In this document: positions 1 through 11,707 of the stretch, piece after piece
How the letters are laid out: the number at the start of each line of letters is the position of its first letter
Position numbering within the stretch: position 1 is the first letter of the stretch
From: Piromyces finnis finn
Lineage: Eukaryota; Fungi; Neocallimastigomycota
Direction: 5' to 3'
DNA length: 64,000 nt
Assembly (NCBI GenBank): GCA_002104945.1
Contig: MCFH01000063.1
Location: 124,001-188,000 of the forward strand
Notes under the pieces: model-generated
Seen by the model: the letters and a program-made list of their open reading frames with translations, nothing else
Told to the model about the DNA's origin: nothing
Databases searched by the model: none
Translations under genes and position numbers: made by a program

Positions 1-2
1 CC

Positions 3-3000
3 GATTACTGTTATAATCGTTGTATAACACTCTCCAATAATGTCCCTGAATTTCCTGAAGAAAGATCTGCTTTTCCTGCAATGGAAGATCCTTCTTACGA
101 ACCTCCGCATGATTCATTCGCTTACCCTATATTTGTCGATAAACAAAACATCCAATCTCAAAACGAAACTAATCGTACTTGTACTATTCTCTGTTCGGGT
201 TCTTCTAAAAATATTAACAATTCTGTTTCTAAGAAGTCTTCTGTTAACTTTTCTACTTCGTCTCTCTCAAATCAAGAACAAACTTCTGTTTTGACTTCTT
301 TTTCTGATTCTAATATTCAATCCAATTCTATTCTCAAATCCGATTCAAACTCTAAATCAGAACCCAATTCTTCTATTATACTTCCGGATGTTCTCTCTGA
401 CTTTGCTGATGTCTTCAATGAATCTAATGCTGAAAAACTTCCTCCACACCGTCCATACGATTGTGAAATAAAACTCAAAGAAAATTCAAAACTGTTTTAT
501 GGACCGATTTATCCTCTAACAGAAACCGAATCAATTGCTTTAGAAGAATATATAAAAGAAAATCTCAAGAAAGGATTTATTAGAAAATCAAAATCGCCTG
601 CGGGAGCTCCTATTCTGTTTGTACCTAAGAAAAACGGTCAACTTCGTATGTGTGTTGACTATCGCCAATTAAACTCCATAACTATTCGTGATTCTTATCC
701 CCTTCCTCTTATACAAGATATGCTTGAACATCTTGGAAAAGGGAAGATTTTCTCAAAATTGGATCTTCGTTCTGCCTATAACTTGGTCAGGATTAAAAGT
801 GGTGATGAATATAAAACCGCTTTTACTTGCAAGTTAGGTCATTTTGAATACTGTGTGATGCCTTTTGGGTTGAAAAATGCACCTGCTGTTTTTCAACATT
901 TCATTAATGATGTTCTTGAAGACGTTCTTGGTAAATTCGCTTTCTCTTGCATAGATGATATTATTATTTTTTCCTCTGATTATAAATCTCATATATCTCA
1001 TGTCAAAACTGTTTTGAAACTCCTGAGGGATGCTGGGCTCTATGCTAAATTGGAAAAATGCGAGTTCTTTGTTTCTTTTATTGATTTCCTTGGTCATAGG
1101 ATTTCTACTGATGGTATTCACATGGACCCAAATAAAGTTTCTTCTATTTTAAACTGGCCTACTCCATCTAATGTTAAAGAGGTTCAATCTTTTCTTGGTC
1201 TTGCGAACTACTACCGTCGATTTATTCCAAATTTTGCAAAGATCGCTCATCCTTTGCATAAACTTTTGAAGAAAAATGTTAAATTTGTATGGTCTAAAGA
1301 AGCTCAAGATGCTTTCGATTCACTCAAGTCCTTATTTGTTTCTGCTCCTGTTCTTATATTTCCTAATCGTGAACTTCCATTCATAGTCGAAACTGATTCA
1401 AGTAACTTTGCCATTGGTGCTATTCTCTCGCAAGTCTCTCCAATTGATAATATGACCCATCCAGTTGCTTTCTTTTCTCGCTCTCTTACTGGTCCTGAAC
1501 GTAATTATCCAATATATGATAAAGAGCTCTTAGCTATCGTTGCTGCTCTTGAAACATGGCGTCATCTACTTAAAGGCTCTTCTTCTACTTTTAAGATTTA
1601 CTCGGATCATCGAAATTTACTCTATCAAAAGAAACCTGAAAAAATGTCTCAACGTCTTGTTCGCTGGGCTTTGTTTCTCTCTGAATTTAACTTTGTTATT
1701 ATTTATCGTTCTGGTTCTTCTAACGGTAAGCCTGATGCTCTATCTCGTCGTCCTGATTATGCTATCAATTCGAATTCCTCTTCTGATGTTCCTTTTAATG
1801 TTCTTCGCCCTGAAAACTTTTGTGCCATTGTGACTTCTGTTTCGTCCATTAGTGATTCTTTTCTTTCCGAATATATAAATGATGACTTTTACAATAAAAT
1901 CTGTGAATATCTTGATTGTAGGAAACCTCCAATACCTCACCCTCAAATTGACAAATTTTCCTTAAGCAATAGTTTTCTCCTTTTTACTGACAGAATCTAT
2001 GTTCCTCCAAATTGTCGTCTTTCAATTCTTAAACTCTGTCACGACTCTCCTTCAGCTGGTCATTTCGGAATAAAGAAAACATCTTCTCTTATTGCTAGAG
2101 ACTTCTGGTGGCCTTCTATTTCTTCTGATGTTAAAGACTACGTTCGTTCTTGTGAAGTTTGTTGTCGTTCAAAAACCTTTCGTCATAAACCTTATGGTCT
2201 TCTGAATCCTCTTGATATTGCTGAGCGTCCTTGGTCATCCATTTCAATGGATTTCATTACAGATTTGCCTTCATCTTCTGGTTTCACTTGCATTCTTGTT
2301 GTTGTTGATCGTCTTACAAAAATGGTTCATCTCATTCCGTTCAAAAGTATTCCTTCCGCCGCCGAAACAGCCACAGCCTTTATTGATAATATTTTCCGTC
2401 TTCATGGCCTACCTGAATCTATTGTCTCGGATAGAGGTTCTCAATTTACCTCTAAATTCTTCCAATCCATCTGTTCCTCCCTTGGCATTGAACTTAAGTT
2501 GTCTACTCCATTTCATCATCAATCAAACGGTCAGACGGAGAGGGTGAACTCCGTTATAGAACAATATTTAAGATGTTTCTCAAATTATAAAGGTTCAAAT
2601 TGGAAAAGTTTTCTTAGTCTTGCAGAATTTAGTTATAACAACGTGGTCCAAGAATCATCCAAATTTTCTCCATTCTTTTTGAATTACGGCTTTCATCCAA
2701 AATATTCACCAGTTATTCCAGACTTATCTAAAGTCCCAAGAGCAGAAGAGTTTACAAGAGATTTTAAAACTTTAATTAATACCTTAAAAGAAAATTTAAA
2801 ATCTGCCATGGAAACCCAGAAGAAGCATGCTGACAAACGTAGAAAAGAAGCTCCGAATTTTAAAGTTGGTGACAAAGTTTGGCTGGATAGTTCTTTAATT
2901 ATCCACAAAGGAAATAAAAAATTTAAGCCAAGAAAACTCGGCCCATACAAAATCTTGGAAAAAATATCAAATGTTACATTTAAATTAAGTCTCCCAAAAT

Positions 3001-3269
3001 CTATTAAGATTCATCCAGTTATTCATGTATCCAATCTCGAGAAATATGTCGAAGATAAATTTGGAAGATCTCAACCACCACCGCCACCTATTACCGTTGA
3101 CAATGAAGAAGAATACGAAGTTGAAGAAATTCTGGATAAAAGAAGACATTACGGAAAAATACAATACCTGATTAAATGGAAAGGGTATTCAATCAATGAA
3201 GCTTCGTGGGAGCCTGAAGAAAATCTAAATTGCAAGGGGCTACTTAAAAAATTTAATAGAAAGAAATAA
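3..3269 (+). CDS. Pol polyprotein (RT-RNaseH-integrase-chromodomain), 5'-partial
   Basis: Frame is open from position 3 (DYCYNRC..., upstream of the track's Met at 81). Motifs: [26 protein letters not shown]; RNase H VETDSS, DKELLA, SDHRNL; integrase [25 protein letters not shown]; chromodomain [27 protein letters not shown]. Confidence 0.96.
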   Translation, partial: DYCYNRCITLSNNVPEFPEERSAFPAMEDPSYEPPHDSFAYPIFVDKQNIQSQNETNRTCTILCSGSSKNINNSVSKKSSVNFSTSSLSNQEQTSVLTSFSDSNIQSNSILKSDSNSKSEPNSSIILPDVLSDFADVFNESNAEKLPPHRPYDCEIKLKENSKLFYGPIYPLTETESIALEEYIKENLKKGFIRKSKSPAGAPILFVPKKNGQLRMCVDYRQLNSITIRDSYPLPLIQDMLEHLGKGKIFSKLDLRSAYNLVRIKSGDEYKTAFTCKLGHFEYCVMPFGLKNAPAVFQHFINDVLEDVLGKFAFSCIDDIIIFSSDYKSHISHVKTVLKLLRDAGLYAKLEKCEFFVSFIDFLGHRISTDGIHMDPNKVSSILNWPTPSNVKEVQSFLGLANYYRRFIPNFAKIAHPLHKLLKKNVKFVWSKEAQDAFDSLKSLFVSAPVLIFPNRELPFIVETDSSNFAIGAILSQVSPIDNMTHPVAFFSRSLTGPERNYPIYDKELLAIVAALETWRHLLKGSSSTFKIYSDHRNLLYQKKPEKMSQRLVRWALFLSEFNFVIIYRSGSSNGKPDALSRRPDYAINSNSSSDVPFNVLRPENFCAIVTSVSSISDSFLSEYINDDFYNKICEYLDCRKPPIPHPQIDKFSLSNSFLLFTDRIYVPPNCRLSILKLCHDSPSAGHFGIKKTSSLIARDFWWPSISSDVKDYVRSCEVCCRSKTFRHKPYGLLNPLDIAERPWSSISMDFITDLPSSSGFTCILVVVDRLTKMVHLIPFKSIPSAAETATAFIDNIFRLHGLPESIVSDRGSQFTSKFFQSICSSLGIELKLSTPFHHQSNGQTERVNSVIEQYLRCFSNYKGSNWKSFLSLAEFSYNNVVQESSKFSPFFLNYGFHPKYSPVIPDLSKVPRAEEFTRDFKTLINTLKENLKSAMETQKKHADKRRKEAPNFKVGDKVWLDSSLIIHKGNKKFKPRKLGPYKILEKISNVTFKLSLPKSIKIHPVIHVSNLEKYVEDKFGRSQPPPPPITVDNEEEYEVEEILDKRRHYGKIQYLIKWKGYSINEASWEPEENLNCKGLLKKFNRKK

Positions 3270-3568
3270 AAAATAGTTAAAAAATTCAAATTATATTTAT
3301 TATTAATATTAAAATCACAATTATTATTATTATCAAAACTTATTAATATCATTATCAATATCAATTTTATTATTAAACAATTTATTAATATCAAATTTAT
3401 CAATATTTTATTTTTAACTTTAGTAATATTAAAAAAAAAAAAAATGTATTTTATTATATTATAATTAAGAAAATTCACTCCTTAGTTTAGTTTATTAAAA
3501 AAGAAAAACATATATTTAAATATTAAAATTCTAGATTCGTCTGGTATCCGAATCCTGGAGGAGGACCA

Positions 3569-4008
3569 TGTAACGAATACTAGAAATAACTAAATTGTCT
3601 TAGTGGTTAGTAGCTAAGACTTTGAGTCTGAATGACACTAGTTCGAGACCTCATAGATACTATTTTAAAAAAATTATAATTTTATTTTATTTTATTTTAT
3701 TTTTAAATTTTATTTTATATGAAGATTATTGATTGGTTAAGAATTTTAAGTTGAAAAAATTTTATAAATTAATTTAAAAAAATTTTTAGTATAAATACGA
3801 GTGAATTTTCCCAAATATTTTAAAGAATCGAGATTTTATTAATAAATAATTATATTATTAAACACTAACTTATTAAGTTAAATTCTATGTGTTTTTAATG
3901 ATATTTTTATAAATTAATAATTTACAGAATATTTTAAAGTGTTAATATTACTAAGTTATTTAGTAAATATTATAATTTGTTTTATTGTTAAAGACACATT
4001 TCTTTACA
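3569..4008 (+). repeat. 3' LTR of element A (440 bp)
   Basis: Starts with TG directly after the PPT and ends with CA at the junction with the element B LTR. TATAAAT at 3790-3796. The first 15 nt (TGTAACGAATACTAG) match the solo LTR at 46776 at 14/15 positions. Confidence 0.8.
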
Positions 4009-4507
4009 ATAATAGAATTTTAATAATAACAATTACATCGATAAAATGATGAAAAATATCTTCTATTTATATTTTTCCTAAATACATTTATATTATATTA
4101 TAACTATTTATTTCTTATATATTATTATTTAAAATCTACACTAAAATCTTAATTATTAATAAATATTTAAACTATAACTATTTTTAGTAAAATACAATTG
4201 GCAATTCAAATTAAGTACTATTCAATTTGAATATGTGCCCATGTATTATTGATATATTAATCATTTATTATTTATTTATTTCTATGAAAAAACAATACTA
4301 AAACTAGGGATTTAAATTGAGAATATTAATTTACTTGTTAAACATTAAAAATAAACTAATAATTTATTTTGTTTTAAACTTTAATTATTAATAAATAAAT
4401 TATGTCTCATTTTCTTTTTCTGAATATAATTTGTGTAACTTAAACAATAATACTTGTGGCTTAAGTTACATTAAAGATATCAAACAGAGGCGTTTGATAT
4501 CTTTACA
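4009..4507 (-). repeat. 3' LTR of element B, interrupted at 4009 by element A
   Basis: Matches 9653-9919 apart from an extra 232 bp. Begins TGTAAAG on the minus strand. The distal part (equivalent to 9548-9652) is missing and replaced by element A. Confidence 0.9.
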
Positions 4508-4543
4508 ATCTCTCTCTCTAAGTCGAGCTCCTGCGAGATTAAT

Positions 4544-7500
4544 TTATAAGGAATCTTTTCTCGAAGGAATTTCAATTACAAATGGTTGGTATCTGTGCTT
4601 GATTAGATTACCAACTTTATTCTTTCTAATTTTCATGGAGGAGTCGTTCGACTTATATTTTGACTTTTTAGAGTTTCTTTCAAACTCTTGTATTAATTGT
4701 TTATCTGGAATCTGATCTTCAGAAATCCAAGTGGATTTGTCAAATCCTTTCCATGATAACTTATAAAATGTTTCACCATTAACAGATTTCATCTTTTCAA
4801 TTTTCTCTGGAATTTTTTCAATTAAATCTGTGTTAAGATGAATATTTCTCTTCCTACTATTAGACCTATCTATAAACTCGTTTTCAAAGTATGGTTCTAA
4901 CAATGAAACATGAAAGACTGGATGACATCTCATTGTCTTTGGAAGTTTCAATTTGAAAGCAAGAGAACTAACTTTTCCAATTATCTCAAATGGACCAAGC
5001 ATTTGAGGTGCTAATTTCTTCTTCAAGTTAGTTCCCGGAGAATCTTTCAATAACCATACCTTCTTTCCCACTTCAAATTCCGGGGGACTCATTCTTTTCA
5101 TATCGGCATATTTCTAATATGTTTCTTTTGCTTTTTCTAAGCTTTCTTTTAATAATTTAAAGTTTTTATTCATATCAATTACTCTTTGTTCAGCTCTACT
5201 AGGTCTATCATTAGCCGGGATTTCCAAGCTGAACTTTGGATGAAAACCATAATTAGCAAAGAATGGGGATTGATTTATAGATTGCTGTAAAGTGTTATTA
5301 TATGCAAATTCAGCAAATGGAATAAGATCAACCCAGTTATTCTGCTTCTTATTGATAAAACAACGGAAATATTGTTCTAATATGCCGTTCACCCTCTCCG
5401 TTTGACCATCTGTCTGCGGATGGTTAGCAGTTGACAATGAATGATTGATATTAAGAAGGTCACAAAGTCTTGACCAGAAATCAGAAGTAAATTGCGAGCC
5501 TCTATCAGAAATGATGGAATCAGGAAGACCATGCAAACGGAAGACATTGGCAATAAAAGCATCAGCAGCAATCGAAGCAGTAGGAAGACAACGTAAAGGA
5601 ATGGCGTGAGCAAATTTAGTAAATCTATCGACAACAACCATAAGTGTAGTCATATCTCTGGACTTAGGAAGATCAACAATAAAGTCGATAGAGATATCAG
5701 ACCAAGGCCTACTAGGAGTGTCCAAAGGGGATAACAAACCATAAGGCTTATGTCTAGGGACTTTGGATTTGCAACAAGTCACGCAAGATTTAATAAAGGA
5801 TTTAACATCTGAATGAAATCTTGGCCACCAAAAGTTTCTTGAAATAAGTTCGACCGTTTTCTTAATGCCGAAATGGCCAGCAGCAACAGAATCATGATGG
5901 AGTTCCAAAACTCTAGTCCTAAGAGATTTAGGAACATAAATAAGATTGTTAAATAACAAAAATCCTTCACCATCAATAATAACTTTATCAATGTTTTTAA
6001 TAGGTGCATTACTTGTAGAACCATTCATTTTAAATTGAACAATGGAATTGTACAAATCGTCATTTTTAAGTTCTGATAAAATAGAATCTATTAAAGGTTT
6101 GTTATCGCTATGATGAAGTGAAATTGTAAGACAAGAAACATTAGAGTTAATATCATTCACTAAATGATCACTTCTACGAGACAGAATGTCAGGCTTTCCA
6201 GATTTCTTTCCAGCTCTATAGATGAGTTTAAAGTCAAATCTGGATAAGAACAAATTCCATCTAATTTGTCTCTGAGATAACATTTCAGGTTTTCTAGGAA
6301 ATGTTAAGTTCTTGTGATCGGTATAAATTATGAACTGATGGCGTGCACCCTCTAAGTAATGACGCCATTCTTCAAGAGCAACTATAATAGCTAAGAGTTC
6401 CTTGTCATATATAGGATAGTTTCTTTGACAACTCGTCAAACTTTTAGAAAGAAATGCAATAGGATGTAATTTGCCGTCAAACTCTTGAGAGAGAATATCA
6501 CCGACAGCATAATTACTAGCATCAGTTTCAACAATAAATTGTTTATTACTATCCGCATGTTTCAGAATAGGAGCTGACGTGAACAAAGTTTTTAATAAAT
6601 TAAAAGCGTCCTGATCTTCTTTCACCCAGTTAAAAGCAACATTCTTTCTAGTGAGTTTGTGAAGAGGGTTTGCAATTTTAGCAAAGTCTTTAATAAAAAT
6701 TCTGTAATAATTGCATAAACCAATAAAAGACTGAACCTCTTTAACATTCTTGGGAACCGGCCAATCGAGAATTGCTTTAACTTTATTTTCATCCATTTGC
6801 AATCCATCCTTTGAAATGACATAACCAAGAAAAGTGGTTTTCTCAACATCAAACTCACATTTTTCTAATTTAACATAAAGATTATTTTCAAGTAGTTTCT
6901 TAAGTACCTTTTTAACATGCTCATGATGTTCTTCGATATTATTAGAATAAATAAGAATATCGTCAATATATGAGATAACAAAATCGTCTAAATAGTCACT
7001 AAGGACATCGTTAATGAAGTGTTGAAAAGTTGCAGGTGCATTCTTTAATCCAAAAGGCATAACCAGATATTCAAAATGACCATATCTAGTACGAAAAGCC
7101 GTTTTGTATTCGTCACCTTCTTTAATACGAACAAGATTATAAGCGGATTTAAGGTCTAATTTAGTAAAAATCTTAGCATTTTTCACCCTATCCAAAAGGT
7201 CACTAATTAAAGGTAAAGGATATGAATTACGAATGGTAATATCATTCAACTTTCTATAATCGATACAAAGTCTTAGGGAGCCATCCTTCTTTTTAACAAA
7301 TAAAATTGGGGCACCAGCAGGAGACGATGATTTCCTAATAAAACCTTTATTTAAATTATCATCAATATATTTTTTAAGTTCCTCTCTTTCAACTTCAGTT
7401 AATGGATACAAAGGTCCATAAAATAAAGTCGAATCATCTTTAAGTTTGATTTCACAATCATAAGATCTATGAGGAGGTAACACTTCACAATTTTTTTCAT

Positions 7501-9094
7501 TAAACACTTCACTAAATTCTAAATATTGGGTTGGTACGGCGACCAATTTATCTTTATTAATATCTTTTCCATTATTATTATTATTACTACATGATTCGTT
7601 ATCATTATTACATGTTTCATTAATTTTTGTTACAATACATTTAACTTTTTTATTAAAACTAATATATTCATCATCGCTATCATCTTCATCATTGATGGTT
7701 CTAACAAGGCGGCCTTTAACATATTCTTTTTCTTCATTGTTTGGGACAGAGGGATCTACTTTCGGCTTTTTGGTCAAGCTTCGGTCGAGAACATCATGAT
7801 CTAACTGATCATTCTTTGACTTCTTTCTTGGTTTTCTCTTTCTTTTGCCTTTATTACAGTGTCTGGCACAATAACCAGAACTAAAAGCGATTTTCTTAGA
7901 GTCGTAGAAAGCATTTGGATTATGCTTCTTTATCCACGGCAAACCAAGAATAACATCAACACCGGGGACTTGTAATCCATAAAGTTGAATTACTTCGAAG
8001 TGATTTTTGCAACGGAGCATGCACTTCTCAGTCCTTTCCCAAACACTAACAACTCCATCACTAACACCTGAAACACGGAATGGTTCCACTTTTTCCAAAT
8101 TAATACCAAGTTCTTCAGCAAGACTTGGATTAATGAAATTTAATTCAGAACCGGAATCAATTAAAACCTTAATTTTAACTTCCGAAACTTCATTGGTACT
8201 CAAGTAAAAGTCCACAAGGTTTAAATCACTTTTCACTCCCTTGACTCCAACTTTGTAAATTTTTGGATTAACAATTTTTGGAGTCCTTTCTTTAACAATT
8301 CTTAACACTTTTCTGGGCTTTACTCTATTAGGACAATTAAACTTTAAATGTCCCGGTTGTTTACAAAGAAAACATAACCCCTTTTTCTTTTCTTCTTCAA
8401 AATTGTCTATGTTTTCATTGTAATTTTTACTTGATCCTTGGATATTCACATACCTTTTGCGTTTATTTTCTCTACTAATTCTAAATACATCCACATCCAT
8501 AGGATCGTTAGCCCTTCTACCATTAAAATAAAATTCACTTAGAGAATTTCTTTTCATCATATCTTCAACTAAAATAGTTGAAGAAATCAATTGTTCAATT
8601 GAAGTTGGGTTTGATTCAATGAAAGCCAACTTCTCCCTAAGTGGTGGTAATAAACCTTTCAGAAACATGTAGATTTTTGCGCTATCATTAAAGCTTGAAT
8701 TTTGGCTAATACGTTGAAACTCGGTAATGTAATCTAATACCTGACCAAGTTTCCTTTGGCGAAGATTATCTAATTTTCCGTTAGCTACAACGGTATCGTA
8801 TCTATAACTGCCAAAATTAGCCTTCAACCTATCTACAAATTCATCATAATGATTTAAAACCCCACTATTATTCTTCATCAACACTGAAGCCCATTCCAAA
8901 GGTTTACCAGAGAAGTATGATATAACGAATTCGACCTTGACTCGATCTGTATTATACAGTGTCGGTCGAGTACGAAATACCAACTCAACTCTGGTTAAAA
9001 ATCCATCCAATTCTCTTTGTTTACCAGAAAATATCGGTGGAGCATTAATAATGTTCCCCGAATTCCCAGAAACACCCACAGTCCTATCACCCAT
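4544..9094 (-). pseudogene. Gag-Pol polyprotein of element B with one in-frame premature TAG at 5114-5116
   Basis: Zn knuckle CFLCKQPGHLKFNC, protease LIDSGSE, RT YIDD, RNase H, integrase DDE. ORFs 5114-9136 and 4544-5101 are in the same frame (ETY*KYADMKRM). C-terminal chromodomain-like segment. Probable ATG at 9094 (the track start at 9136 is TTG). Confidence 0.9.
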
Positions 9095-9374
9095 CTCTAA
9101 ATTTAAACTTTCAAACTCACTAATTAAGGCCTCCAACGTAAACTATTAAATAAAATAAAAAATGTTTTCTTACTACTGTTTCAAGTAAGTAATCTTAATT
9201 TTTTTTTCTTTTTTTTTTTTTTTTTACACTAATACAATCTATTTAAATACAAAAGTTATTCAAACACGTTCTGCAAAGCAGTGTCGAACAAGTTTTGTAT
9301 CTATATATTGATTCCTTCGGTAGAATTCCTTTAACAAGGGCAGCAACAGAGTTTAACCTATAATTGTTTCAGTA

Positions 9375-9496
9375 ATTCTTCTTCTATGGTAGCAACCAAG
9401 TTCTTCTATAAATTCTTCTTCTGTGGTAGCAACCAAGTACTTCGGTAGATTCTTCTTCTATGGTAGCAACCAAGTTCTTCTATAAATTCTTCTTCT
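9375..9496. repeat. 37-bp tandem repeat (about 3.3 units) in the 5' leader of element B
   Basis: ATTCTTCTTCT(A/G)TGGTAGCAACCAAGT core starting at 9375, 9412 and 9449, with a partial unit at 9486. Units 1 and 3 are identical. Confidence 0.9.
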
Positions 9497-9547
9497 GACA
9501 GTAGTAGATATCCTAACGTACTCTTGAAGTAGTTAGGTAATTGTTAT

Positions 9548-9919
9548 TGTAATGGCGACACAGAAAGAATAGATTAGGATATCTATTCTATTACAATAAC
9601 ACTAAATTTAAAATAAAAATAAAAAATTGTTTTATTAAAAATATCTTTTATTATAATAGAATTTTAATAATAACAATTACATCGATAAAATGATGAAAAA
9701 TATCTTCTATTTATATTTTTCCTAAATACATTTATATTATATTATAACTATTTATTTCTTATATATTATTATTTAAAATCTACACTAAAATCTTAATTAT
9801 TAATAAATAAATTATGTCTCATTTTCTTTTTCTGAATATAATTTGTGTAACTTAAACAATAATACTTGTGGCTTAAGTTACATTAAAGATATCAAACAGA
9901 GGCGTTTGATATCTTTACA
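9548..9919 (-). repeat. 5' LTR of element B (372 bp, 232 bp shorter in U3 than the 3' LTR)
   Basis: TGTAAAG...ATTACA termini on the minus strand. TATAAA at 9715-9710. An 11-nt self-complementary PBS follows at 9547-9537. Confidence 0.9.
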
Positions 9920-11707
9920 TTATCAGCTTCCTTTAATATATTGAACTTTTGATTTTTATTAAGCATTTGGATTTCTGTCATATTCCTCTTAGTTATCATT
10001 TTTTTACTATTATTTTCTATATTATTTGGTGTTTCCATAATAGTTTCTTTTTGCTTAAGAGTTTTTGAAGTTTCTTCTATTTTATTAATCTTTGTATTTC
10101 CATCATCTTCATTATTTTCCTCCTTTCTATTAATGTTTCCTTTATTGCCTCCATTATTTTTATTGTTTTCCTCATTTATTTTATTTTCATTAGTTGTGTT
10201 ACTTTTATTATTTTTGTTGTCATTTTCTTCTCTGCTTTCTTCAACATAGCTTATTTCATTTTGGTTATCATTATTGTATAATATTTCGTTACAATTATAT
10301 TCACTTTCTTCTTCTGAGTCGATATCCATTATTCTTCTTCTTCTATCTCTGATTTCTTTCTTCTTTTGCTTTAATATATTAATTTTTGGTTGGTTCAAAA
10401 TGGAAGGTTTTATTATTGATTTATTAGTATTATTTATTTTATTTTTATCTAATAGTTTAATAGATGTGTTTTTATTTTTGTGAAGCACATTTATTGTATT
10501 TAGATTTTGATTTGGACGTGCAATTTTGTTTATATAGGGAGATTGCATACTCCCATCAATTAGTTTAAATAATTTTCTTCATCATAATTCTCAGGACATT
10601 CGAAGTCTTGATGACCAATACGTAAGCAATTTGCACAGAAGTTTATCTTAAGTTCTGACAATTTTTGCGTTAACTCTTGAATTTCGTCGTTGTTGTCAGC
10701 ATTATTTTTAAGTATATTTCTTCTTTCTTCCATTCTGTTATTGAATTGATTTCTATTATAATAATTACTTCTTTGTTCATTATTAATTATCTTATTATTG
10801 TAATTATTATTTAAATTATCATTGTTGTTGTTATTTTGATAATATTTATTATAACCGTTTTTATTGTTAGGATAATCATAATTTGGTACATTATTATAAA
10901 TTCTGTAATTTGGATTATTATTTGGATTATTGAAGTTAGAGACATATCTGTTACTATTATTATAATTTCTATATATGTTGTGATTATTATTGTACATCTT
11001 CTTAATTCTATCATTGTTGTCACTTGTATTTGGTAGTAAATAAGATGTACTAGTTTTATTCTTTGTGTTGTACATAATTTCACTATGATCTGTATTTTCT
11101 TGAAATTTGCTAAACTTATTTAATTTATTGAATTTTTCTTTGTTTGTTCCAGAGGGTATTGCCTTTCCTTTATTTTCTTTCATTAGGTTCATTATCTTCT
11201 CTTTCTTCGAAGTTATCTTCATGGCGTCTTCTAGGGTTGTTGGTTCTTCTTCCATAAGATTTTCATATATTTTTTCCCAGTTCCTGAAAGCATTAATATA
11301 ATAAGACGTTATAATTAATTCTGATAATGTGACGGTTTTATTTATTTGATTTAATAATTCCGTGAATCTTAAATCAAATTCAGAGATACTTTCATCTTTT
11401 TTATTGTAATAGAAGAGAGTTCTAAGATTTTTGAATTCTTGGAGGATGTTTTCTTGTAATGTTTACTGAGATTCTTTAAAATTGTCTCATAGTTATCTGG
11501 ACTGCTTTTGTTTAAGGAATTATATACAATTGTTCTGGCCACATTCGCAGTTATTGCTAGTAAATAATCAATTTTTTCTGCTTCTTCAATGATTTTGAAT
11601 GTAGAACACCAATGGTCAAAGGAGAATTTCCATGAGTCAAAAGATATATTTGATTCGCCTAATATAGGTAATCTATTGAAAGTAATAATTTTTGTCTGGT
11701 TGTCCAT
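9920..11707 (-). pseudogene. Gag (Zn knuckle) and N-terminal Pol of a different LTR-retrotransposon family (element C), interrupted by element B
   Basis: ORFs 11369-11707 and 10560-11255 join into one gag if one A is added to the A6 run at 11397-11402 (IKKDESISEFDLRF...). CANCLRIGHQDFEC is a CX2CX4HX4C knuckle. The downstream ORF is in the -1 frame and runs into the element B LTR. No RT or integrase is visible, so the class is inferred from gag alone. Confidence 0.75.

Larger units (their letters stand above)
1..4008 (+). mobile_element. Ty3/Gypsy chromovirus LTR retrotransposon (element A), 5' part outside the window
   Basis: The pol ORF is followed by an AT-rich 3' UTR, a polypurine tract (PPT; GGAGGAGGACCA, 3557-3568) and an LTR TGTAAC...TTTACA (3569-4008). 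The sequence directly after 4008 resumes the LTR of element B. Confidence 0.93.
4009..9919 (-). mobile_element. Ty3/Gypsy chromovirus LTR retrotransposon (element B)
   Basis: Paired LTRs (4009-4507 and 9548-9919), PPT AGAGAGAGAGAT next to the 3' LTR (4508-4519), and a single gag-pol frame. Confidence 0.95.

Noticed and set aside
3596-3665. Functional tRNA-Gln gene
   Set aside because: The acceptor, D and T stems do not pair; kept only as a tRNA-like finding.
9375-9496. CRISPR-like repeat-spacer look
   Set aside because: The spacers are only about 10 nt and recur (1 = 3), there are no cas genes, and the array lies in a eukaryotic retrotransposon leader.
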